The position numbers were made by a program, and so were the translations under genes. DNA of 64,000 bases from Macrostomum lignano (lineage: Eukaryota), in NCBI GenBank assembly GCA_002269645.1, contig NIVC01003504.1, positions 30,611-94,610 of the forward strand. The letters run 5' to 3'. Below are positions 39,562 through 49,618 of the stretch, piece after piece (positions within the stretch are counted from its first letter, which is position 1; every line of letters starts with the position of its first letter). The notes under the pieces are model-generated. The model was not told the origin of the DNA and did not search any database. It saw only the letters and a list, made by a program, of their open reading frames with translations.

Positions 39562-40421
39562 TATTTTTAGGATTATCAAGGGATCTTGCTTGCCAAATAC
39601 CTACTTATAAAACATATAGGTATATACTCGTAGGTATAGTAAATTTAGTAGTAGTAGTAAAGTAGTAGTAAATTTGGCTTAGGCTTAAGGAGCCTGTTAT
39701 GCCAGTATGATTCGATTTATTTAGTATTTATTCAAAAGGTTAAATTTTACACGATTGCTGAAAACGAGTACTACTATAGCTTTATATTGAATAGCTAAGC
39801 TAGCTTCTTAGGCAATTGTCCAAAAAAGCAGGGGAAACTAAATGCTAGCTAAATGCTTTATGACAATGTACCAGTTCATACTGCCTAGGTTGTAATGAAT
39901 GTTGCCATCATTGTGGGGTTTGAAATCCTCTCCTATTTGGCCTATTGACTAGACTAGACCTGGTATTTTCCAACTATTGTCTATTTTATTAAATTAAGCA
40001 ATTACTTTATAATTATAAGTACCATTTCAAATCTAATAAATAGGTCATTCTTCTTACCAACTAGTGGCTAGAGGCCAACTGACTGAGTTATATACTAGAG
40101 TATTTAGGCATCATGTGACCAATGGCAGAAGTGCTTTAATTGCTAGCCAAAGGGACTATGTTGAAAAATAATGTAACATTATTATAAAATTTATACACTT
40201 AAACTATACAAACAACAAAACTTTTTGAAACCCTTTTATATGTATAAGCTTTAAAAGCCAATAATAACAATATGGCAAAATTAAGATCTAATCATTAAAA
40301 TATAACAACCCAAATACACAAATGCAACTTTTATAGGTCTTATATAGGGGTCAAATAGATCTTAATCTTGATCTCGATTGTGTTAAGATCATGGTAGTTT
40401 TTTAAATAGATCCTAATCAAA

Positions 40422-41047
40422 TTGTCAACTGGCATTTTGTCAACTAGGGAGCCGTTAACCTTAGGTCACTTTGTCAATTGGCTAATCAATAGACCTTTAA
40501 ACGTGGTCACTTTATTAATTGCCAATTGGCAATTGCAATAATTTTAAATGGTAGTCACTTTGTCAACTATATATCACATATATACAATGCAGTATTGTAT
40601 ACATATGTTTATAGCTATATTTTTACCAAGAATTGTTTTATTAAACTTTTTCACATGAATAAAGCAGATAAAATAGATTAATTAATTTGAAAGTACAAAA
40701 AACTACATTGACATTGATATATTATTTCCAAAATATACACTTGTCTATTTGAATTTTTCAATTATTCAAATTCAAATAAAAAAGTCAACAATGAATTACA
40801 ACAAAGGTCAAAGTAAAAATATATTTTCAAAAGAATGATAAATAATGATAAATAATTTATGAATTTAATCACTGAATATTAAAATTTAAAATCATGAATA
40901 AAAACTTTTATACAAAGTTCAATTCTCTATACATATTTGCTATCAAAGTAATTATAATTAAAAATAAGGTCACTGTCAATTGTAAATGCTGCTACCCCTA
41001 ACAAATAGTCATTTTGTCAATGACTTGACAAGATGCCAATTGACAAA
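40422..41047. mobile_element. Degenerate inverted-repeat (MITE-like) remnant
   Basis: TTGTCAACTGGCATTTTGTCAA (40422-40443) versus TTGACAAGATGCCAATTGACAA (41025-41046), 20/22 inverted match; internal GTCACTTTGTCAA subrepeats; no clear TSD. Confidence 0.45.
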
Positions 41048-41547
41048 TTATTAGCACCCTTTTAAATCTTATCTCGGTTTTAAGATCTTACAAAAAGTCA
41101 AGATTTGTGACTATGTGACTATTAGTGACTATGATATTATCATATAATTTATATTTAATATACATCAAGTTACTAACAAGCTCAATATTAATTTATATAA
41201 TAATTGTTTCTCCTTTTATTCTATTATTATAATTGTACATGTTTAACAAATAACAATACTAGCATTGTAAAATAAAATAGTGTAAATAGGCCTACTGGAT
41301 ACTAATCAGGCTTAATCTCAAATCTTGATTGAATCCCAATTATCTCAAAAGTATAATAGATCTTATCTTGAGTCTCAAAAATCTTTAAAATAGGCTATCA
41401 TGTCTTCTTCGAAAATTGATACTCTTGATGTCTTAAATAACAAAATACAGCATACACCAACACAACACAACACAAAAGTGAATTCAGCTCATGTTAATAC
41501 CTATACGTACGTACACCACCACTCACGACCACGCATTTGTTTCCCCA

Positions 41548-41926
41548 GGGTCTCCCTAAAACACGCACCGCACCGCCCCGACCGCTACACATTATAACAT
41601 TTTTGTCAATGCAGTATTTTGCTTGCAAAGAGAACTATTTGTTGTAAGAGGAACAGAATAATTAACTTTATTTATTACCTTAAATATTATTATTATTTTT
41701 CATATTCTCGTTTGCATTATTAAATTAAATTATTATTATTTTATTAATATTATTATTAATATCACTTATTATACATCGAATTAAATATTTCACAGTAAAA
41801 AAAACTAAATTTTATAAAAGCTTAAAGCTTAACATAAAATGCATTTTGAAATGTCTTCAGTTATAGTCTAATTTGTTTTAACGTGTAGCGCTGTGAGGCG
41901 GGGCGGTGCGTGTTTTAGGGAGACCC
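41548..41926. mobile_element. 379-bp MULE-like MITE nested in the left arm of the foldback element
   Basis: ~43-bp TIRs GGGTCTCCCTAAAACACGCACCGC...; 9-bp TSD GTTTCCCCA at 41539-41547 and 41927-41935; AT-rich interior. Confidence 0.85.
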
Positions 41927-41996
41927 GTTTCCCCATTGGTATTCGCATTGATATTCAAATTTTAACAAAAGCAAAATACTAAAAGCAACCCGTAGC

Positions 41997-42681
41997 ATGA
42001 AACTTTACACAGAGTAAACTGCAACCGTGAAACGACTATTGGTCAAGTTTCAGCTCGATATGTAACTTTGGCTCTGAGCAGGAGCGATTTTCGATGTGTT
42101 CCATTTAAAATACATGTGATTCCAAAATTCATATTGATATTCGAGTACAGGTACTTCTGCTTCACCGATCTTGACGAAACTTTACACAGAGTAAACTGCA
42201 ACCGTGAAACGACTATTGGTCAAGTTTCAGCTCGATATGTAACTTTGGCTCTGAGCAGGGGCGATTTTCGATGTGTTCCATTTAAAATACATGTGATTCC
42301 AAAATTCATATTGATATTCGAGTACAGGTACTTCTGCTTCACCGATCTTGACGAAACTTTACACAGAGTAAACTGCAACCGTGAAACGACTATTGGTCAA
42401 GTTTCAGCTCGATATGTAACTTTGGCTCTGAGCAGGGGCGATTTTCGATGTGTTCCATTTAAAATACATGTGATTCCAAAATTCATATTGATATTCGAGT
42501 ACAGGTACTTCTGCTTCACCGATCTTGACGAAACTTTACACAGAGTAAACTGCAACCGTGAAACGACTATTGGTCAAGTTTCAGCTCGATATGTAACTTT
42601 GGCTCTGAGCAGGGGCGATTTTCGATGTGTTCCATTTAAAATACATGTGATTCCAAAATTCATATTGATGTTCGAGTACAG
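41997..42681 (+). repeat. 177-bp tandem array, left arm (~3.9 units)
   Basis: 59-aa periodic ORF; near-identical units starting GAAACTTTACACAGAGTAAAC. Confidence 0.95.
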
Positions 42682-45171
42682 GTGGAGGAGATGGCGCAAC
42701 GTGACACAGTGGTCATTCTCGGAGACCTGAACGCAGTTCTGCGTAGGTCCGAGCGATCGCTGTTTGTGACAGCGCGCGAGAACGGCAACACCGGAGCGCT
42801 AGAGGACTTCCTGGAGAGACAGGACATGGTGTCGGCCAACACCAGATTCCGCAAGTCACCGGGCAGGCTCGCGACCTTCGTGGGCTGCAAGCGGAGGCGG
42901 CGGAACGCGCGCGGCCGGAACGCTACGCGGAGGCTGGCACAGCTCGACCACGTGCTTGTGCGCTTTCGTGTGCGCCGCCGCGTCACCAACTGCCGCACCA
43001 TTACGCCGCTGGCTCTGCGGTCCGACCATCGGCTGCTCATCTGCGACCTTCGGCTTCGGGACCCGCTCTACCGTCCGCCAAAGCGGCCACCGCGGCGCTA
43101 CTACGTCGCTTTGCCGGTGCCTTTGTCACTGCGCTGGGCGACAAGCGTGGAGGAGCCGAGTACGCGGAGGTGAGCGCTGCAGTTCGAGCCGATGCGGAGC
43201 AAGCAGTCCCACTGATGCGACCGGCCCAGCGGTCTGGCAGGACGACCCGCGATCGACGAAGCGAGGGAAGATCTGGAGAGGCTCCGTCTGAGTGGGCGGC
43301 AAACTCGCGAGGCGGAGGAGGCTCTGGCGGCTGTCTACCTGCAGCGGCAGCAGTCCGCTGTCGATGACGCCAACCAAGCCGTCTCTGCCGCAGGGCCCGA
43401 TTCCAGAGGGCGCGTGGCCTGGTCCGTCATCAACACTCTGACGGGGCGAAAGCGGCGCATCGCGCTCAACCAGGCAGGCGACATTCCGGATGAGCGCAGG
43501 TACGAGCTGCGCGAGTTCTTCGCCGCCATTGTCAACGCGCCGCCCCCTCCGCTTCCAGAAAATCTGAGGCTGCCGCCGGAGACGCCGTTGCCGGCGGAGG
43601 AGAGCTTCAACGTTGCCCCAGTCAGTACAGCCGACGTTGTGAAGTTCGCTCGGCAGTCGCCGGGCGCCAAAGCGCTTGGTCCGGACGAGATGCCCACCGA
43701 GGCGCTGCGGATCCACTGCGTGGCCACTGAGGTCGCCAGAGTGATGAACCGCGTGCTTTCCGGTGAGGTGGCGCCAAACGAATGGACCACGGCGCACATC
43801 GTCGCCATTCCAAAGAAGCCGGGCACCACCAAGCTCGAGGAGCATCGAGGCATCTGCCTACAATCCTGCGCCGCGAAGCTGTTCAGCCGCATGCTGCTAT
43901 CGCGGTTGCAGACTGTGCTGGACCCGTACCTGTGGCCTGAGCAGAACGGATTCCGGCCCCATCGCAGCACAGTGACGCAGATCCTGGCTCTTCGGCGAGT
44001 CATCGAGGAGGCGCGCATCCGCCAGTTGACCCTGATCCTGATCTTCGTCGATTTCAGGAAGGCCTTCGACTCGGTCGTGAGGGACGCGCTCCCAGAGGTG
44101 CTCCGTGCGTACAACGTGCCAGACCTGCTGATTTCTGCTGTCATGGCGCTATACCACGGCACGACGGCTGCTGTCTCAACACCGGACGGCCTATCGGATT
44201 TCTTCGAGACATCCTCCGGGGTGCTCCAGGGAGATACGCTAGCGCCGTTCCTATTTATTCTGGTGCTTGACTGGGTGCTACGGACTGCTCTGCCTTCCAA
44301 CGACGACGGCTTCCTGCTGCGGCGACGCGTGGGTCGACGCCAACCGGAGAGACGGCTCAGCGTGCTTGGCTACGCCGATGACCTCGCCCTGCTGTCCTCG
44401 ACCGTCGAGGGCGCCCAACGACAGCTGGACAGACTGGTTGCCGTTGCGGCGAGCGTCGGCCTGGTGGTCAACACGCAGAAGACCGTCGTGCTATGCGTGC
44501 CGGACGACACCGAGGCTGCAATCTTCTGCCGAGGCGCTGACGGACAGGCGAGTGAGCTTCCAAGATGTCAGCAGTTCGTCTACCTCGGCGGTCTGGTTCC
44601 CGACGTCCGCGAGGATCTGCGGCGTCGACGAGGACTTGCCTGGGCTGCCTTTCGTTCTATAAGGTCAGTCCTGCAGTCCGAGGCCCTACCGGACCGCCAG
44701 AGGGCGGCGCTGTTCCAGGCGGTGATCGAGACCGTCCTGTTATACAACGCCGAGACCTGGACGCTGATAGACTCGCTCGAGGCTCAAGTCGACGCGGCGC
44801 ACGCTGGCCTGCTGCGCGCCGCCTTCAAGATCGGCAACGAGCGAGTCACCAACACGGCGCTCTATCATCGCGCCGGCCTGGCCCGTCCTAGCGATCTGCT
44901 GCGCCGTCGGCGACTCCAGCTGGCAGGCCACGTCATCCGCGCCGAGGCCTACTGTCCGGAGCCGGTGCAGGAGGTGCTGCTACTTACGTTGCAGGCACCC
45001 TACCGGCGGGGACAGGCGAGGACTCGGCGCTACGTCGACTGTCTGCTGGCTGACGCCGGCGCCCCGGACTCTGCCGGCGGTGCGGCTTTTGTTCGCGCCC
45101 AAGCTTCGAAGCGCGCCATCTGACGCTGCTTTTGCGAACTGGCAGCGTACTCTGTTGTTGTTGTTGTTGTT
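42682..45171 (+). mobile_element. 5'-truncated RTE-clade non-LTR retrotransposon (APE endonuclease remnant plus RT)
   Basis: APE motifs ILGDLNA, LDHVLV and SDHRLL (42682-43173), then a frame break; RT ORF follows; very short 3' UTR and (TGT)n tail at 45153-45171. Confidence 0.92.
43414..45123 (+). CDS. Non-LTR reverse transcriptase (RTE-like), 569-aa ORF
   Basis: GPDEMP, EQNGFR, FVDFRKAFDSV, GVLQGDTLAPFLF, YADDLALL, GLVVNTQKT and FVYLGG motifs. Confidence 0.93.
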   Translation: MAWSVINTLTGRKRRIALNQAGDIPDERRYELREFFAAIVNAPPPPLPENLRLPPETPLPAEESFNVAPVSTADVVKFARQSPGAKALGPDEMPTEALRIHCVATEVARVMNRVLSGEVAPNEWTTAHIVAIPKKPGTTKLEEHRGICLQSCAAKLFSRMLLSRLQTVLDPYLWPEQNGFRPHRSTVTQILALRRVIEEARIRQLTLILIFVDFRKAFDSVVRDALPEVLRAYNVPDLLISAVMALYHGTTAAVSTPDGLSDFFETSSGVLQGDTLAPFLFILVLDWVLRTALPSNDDGFLLRRRVGRRQPERRLSVLGYADDLALLSSTVEGAQRQLDRLVAVAASVGLVVNTQKTVVLCVPDDTEAAIFCRGADGQASELPRCQQFVYLGGLVPDVREDLRRRRGLAWAAFRSIRSVLQSEALPDRQRAALFQAVIETVLLYNAETWTLIDSLEAQVDAAHAGLLRAAFKIGNERVTNTALYHRAGLARPSDLLRRRRLQLAGHVIRAEAYCPEPVQEVLLLTLQAPYRRGQARTRRYVDCLLADAGAPDSAGGAAFVRAQASKRAI

Positions 45172-46362
45172 TGGAATCACATGTATTTTAAATGGAACAC
45201 ATCGAAAATCGCTCCTGCTCAGAGCCAAAGTTACATATCGAGCTGAAACTTGACCAATAGTCGTTTCACGGTTGCAGTTTACTCTGTGTAAAGTTTCGTC
45301 AAGATCGGTGAAGCAGAAGTACCTGTACTCGAATATCAATATGAATTTTGGAATCACATGTATTTTAAATGGAACACATCGAAAATCGCCCCTGCTCAGA
45401 GCCAAAGTTACATATCGAGCTGAAACTTGACCAATAGTCGTTTCACGGTTGCAGTTTACTCTGTGTAAAGTTTCGTCAAGATCGGTGAAGCAGAAGTACC
45501 TGTACTCGAATATCAATATGAATTTTGGAATCACATGTATTTTAAATGGAACACATCGAAAATCGCTCCTGCTCAAAGCCAAAGTTACATATCGAGCTGA
45601 AACTTGACCAATAGTCGTTTCACGGTTGCAGTTTACTCTGTGTAAAGTTTCGTCAAGATCGGTGAAGCAGAAGTACCTGTACTCGAATATCAATATGAAT
45701 TTTGGAATCACATGTATTTTAAATGGAACACATCGAAAATCGCCCCTGCTCAGAGCCAAAGTTACATATCGAGCTGAAACTTGACCAATAGTCGTTTCAC
45801 GGTTGCAGTTTACTCTGTGTAAAGTTTCGTCAAGATCGGTGAAGCAGAAGTACCTGTACTCGAATATCAATATGAATTTTGGAATCACATGTATTTTAAA
45901 TGGAACACATCGAAAATCGCTCCTGCTCAAAGCCAAAGTTACATATCGAGCTGAAACTTGACCAACAGTCGTTTCACGGTTGCAGTTTACTCTGTGTAAA
46001 GTTTCATCAAGCTCGGTGAAGCAGAAGTACCTGTACTCGAATATCAATATGAATTTTGGAATCACATGTATTTTAAATGGAACACATCGAAAATCGCTCC
46101 TGCTCAGAGCCAAAGTTACATATCGAGCTGAAACTTGACCAATAGTCGTTTCACGGTTGCAGTTTACTCTGTGTAAAGTTTCATCAAGATCGGTGAAGCA
46201 GAAGTACCTGTACTCGAATATCAATATGAATTTTGGAATCACGTGTATTTTAAATGGAACACATCGAAAATCGCTCCTGCTCAGAGCCAAAGTTACATAT
46301 CGAGCTGAAACTTGACCAATAGTCGTTTCACGGTTGCAGTTTACTCTGTGTAAAGTTTCATG
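45172..46362 (-). repeat. 177-bp tandem array, right arm (~6.7 units, inverted relative to left arm)
   Basis: Same 59-aa periodic ORF on the - strand. Confidence 0.95.
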
Positions 46363-47434
46363 CTACGGGTTGCTTTTAGTATTTTGCTTTTGTTAAAATT
46401 TGAATATCAATGCGAATATCAATGGGGAAACAAATGCGTCTCACGACCACGATAAATAAAATTTCCGCAAATTGCACTTTAAATTATTGTAACTGCTATA
46501 ACAAAATATAAAAGAGACAACAGTTTAACACAATATATATCCAGTAAGCATCCAAAAAAGGTTTTTCATCAACAAAATAATATGATTCTGTGATAATATT
46601 TGCATCTATTCAGCGCAGCTTAGTCGTGTGTGTGTGCCTCGGGTCGTTGACCATGCAATCGCCAAACTTCCTCGACTTCTTTATTTTTTGGCTTTTATAA
46701 TTAAAAAAGGTTAAAGTGACTGTGTCTTCTGTAATCAAAAAGTGACACTTTGTGTCTAATAAGTGCATTTAAAATAAATTTTATTTGGTTTTATTAATGA
46801 TATTCCTGTTTTTACTAATGTTTTTAGGCACTCGCATAGAATCCAGTTCTAGTAGATAAAACTTGAAAATTTTAATTTTGATCATTTTATGTCCATACCT
46901 ACTACAGCTACAGCGTACAGGCTATGCTTTACATAGTCATAGATAAGGAGTTCCAGTGTGGGCTTTTTCAGTTGTGCGATATGGAAAATAGAAAAGGGGT
47001 ATACTTTAAATATTATTAATATAAAAATGGAAACAAGATAAGATACCATGATCCATGTTTACCAATATTATCAATATATAATTGAGTAGCTTTCTAATGG
47101 CATTAAGCATATGTCATGTGCATGTATACTTTTGAATAGGCCTAAATGTAAAAATTTATACTTTATGAAACTTTTGTTTTAATGCTTTTAATGCATGTTT
47201 ATTTCTTTTTCTTTTTTTCTGCAATGGAGTGACATAGTGTATGTGCCTATATATGCCAATATGCCAAATAAATTTATAACATTATAATATCATATTAAAG
47301 TGGATAAATCACACTTTAATTGTAAAGTTTCATTGGCAAAAAATATATTGGCCAAAGTTGTTGCCAAAGTGATCCAAATGTGTCGCCAAAATGGCTATCG
47401 CCAAAGTGACTTGTCACCAAAGTGATTGTAATTC

Positions 47435-47859
47435 TTATAATATATCGGACACTGGAAAGCTGCAACAGGATAGTCTATGGCCAAAACATTAACAAGTAAA
47501 CAAGTCTTTACAGAATAAATAAAAAGTATTATGGTCAAATTGCCAACAAGCAGTAAAAGCTTTATATGCTATAATAGTAGGAAATCTAATATAGGATATT
47601 CCCAAATGTTTTTATTGGGTTTAGTTAATACCATAATTCCTCTAAGTATATTTCAAATAAGGCTTGTAAAGTCTTATTCATGTGGCATGCAGCATATAGC
47701 CTTGCTAAGCAAACTTTACTTTTAATTATTTGTTATTTGTCAACTTGTTAAAAATCATTCATGTTTCAACTAGACCATAGACCTTTTTCCAAGTCAAAAA
47801 ATATCAAACATTCTGGCCATAGACTATGATGCAGCTTTCTGATGTTAGATATATTATAA
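47435..47859. mobile_element. Old MITE-like remnant with ~50-bp degenerate inverted ends
   Basis: TTATAATATATCGGACACTGGAAAGCTGCAACAGGATAGTCTATGGCCA versus TGGCCATAGACTATGATGCAGCTTTCTGATGTTAGATATATTATAA. Confidence 0.5.
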
Positions 47860-48799
47860 TAAGTTTTGAAACAGAATTAGTGCTTAATCAAGCTAATTCT
47901 CTTAAAAGTACTTAAAATAGTTTGTAGATTACTTTTTTATCAAGTAAAAATAATTTAATGAATAAAACTTGACAATTGCTGACAAAATAAAAAGCATAAA
48001 TATCATAGGTAATAAAAGTAGAGCTTATAGGTTACAAGACATTTTTATAGAAGTGAGGATATATATAACTTTGGCCAGTCTAACTAATGTTAAACTGACT
48101 GACATATAATCTACATAACAAACTAAGCAAATAGTATAATTTGGCATCATAACTCAAGTATAGTCAAAATTGTCATATTCACAATATACTCTATAATTTT
48201 AAATTGTCATATGATGATGATGACTTGTCCAATCCAAGTCCAAGTGCTTAGAATTAGTCCAAGGCTTTGCATCTTTTAAGCAGATAATATAAATGCAAAT
48301 TTTTAAAGTTGAACATTTTTTGACAAACAAAAACATATTGTTGCTATGAGCAAAGATCTTTGTGCAGCTAATGAAATATAATATAACTATTTAGTGAATG
48401 CAACAGTGTCCAAATGCTAAGACAATGACAATTTAGATAATTTAATTGTTTTTCTAGTAGTTTAAAGCATATGACAACCTTAAATATGACAACTTCAGCT
48501 AAAGCCTATGACTTATCCACCCTTTATCTCTTAGTCAGCCATCTTTATTTAATGTTGGTGAAACTGATTGGTCAAAGTTGTATATATAAGCTTAGTTTAT
48601 AAATGAGGCCATTGTGAAAACATGTGATATGTCTAATATAGTAATAGTGACTTAAAACCAAAAGGCATCTATTTATACAAACTTTTTAGTATAAAAACTA
48701 AGACATGTGGCAGCCAGCCGCACTGGAAACCCCCCACCTCTGTCTAGCTGAGGTGGGGTGGGTACGCGCCAAGCTAGCTGGCTCACTAAGCCGGGAGGG

Positions 48800-48920
48800 G
48801 GGGGTTGGCGTAGCCAATCACTCCACGCCACCTTTTCGCACCTCCCTTGGCCCCTCAATCTCGCACTGTTTGTTATAATCATATAAATACATGCGCAACG
48901 CAGTGCAGAATCTTGGCTGC
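48800..48920 (+). promoter_or_regulatory. Putative SMG5 core promoter (CCAAT and TATA)
   Basis: GC-richer island in AT-rich DNA with GCCAATC near 48813 and TATAAATA at 48882-48889; downstream donors at 48960 and 49074; TACTAAC branch point at 49585-49591 just before the ATG. Confidence 0.45.
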
Positions 48921-49618
48921 CGTACCATCTATCAAACTAAAAGGCCTTCTGCCTCATTGGTGAGCCCGACTCCCAGCGCGGACCGCTGGGCCTACCTGGT
49001 CAGCCCTGTGCAGTCCTGGCAGCCAACCACCTTGGCCGACTGCAATGGCAGCACTGCAGCTTATACCTTGAGAGTAAATGTCACCTTAAAGTTAAACATT
49101 AAAAATACTTTAAATATAAGTATAAAAGCAATTAAAGAACTATAATTTAATTTTATAATTTATGGTAGTCAACTTTAATAATGGCAAATTTGAATAAAAA
49201 GTAGGTCTTGCAAATATGTAACTTTGTAGTTGTATTATAAATAATTATCTAGCTTTTATTGCCAATATTAAAATAATAGCAAACTATGTCTTTTTTCATT
49301 AAATTGCTTTTTGAAAAGACTAAAGTTCTGTATCATGCATATTATTAATATTTACAAAAACATCATAATTTGTTTATATATTTACATGTAACTGTAATAA
49401 CAAAAAAACTAAATTCATAAGCAAATTTTATACTCGTAGCAATTAAACAATCTTATCTGCTTTCTTCTTAAGTAGTTATTAGTAGTTATATGGGAGCTAG
49501 GCTGATGCAATTAAACTGTATTTCCATGCATGAACCATATTCTACAATGCCTGTATTCTATGGCTGTACCAACCCGTACATGACTACTAACATCAGGTAG
49601 CAGGCAGGCAGCGCCAGC

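Larger units (their letters stand above)
41531..46439. mobile_element. Foldback/Mutator-like element with long inverted arms of 177-bp tandem repeats
   Basis: Termini ACGCATTTGTTTCCCCA ... TGGGGAAACAAATGCGT; perfect 9-bp TSD CTCACGACC at 41522-41530 and 46440-46448; arms are reverse complements of each other. Confidence 0.85.

Noticed and set aside
42068-42730. 59-aa repeat ORF of the 177-bp unit (also 44980-46290) as a protein
   Set aside because: It starts at a non-ATG codon within the repeat, has no recognisable domain, and is explained by the foldback arms
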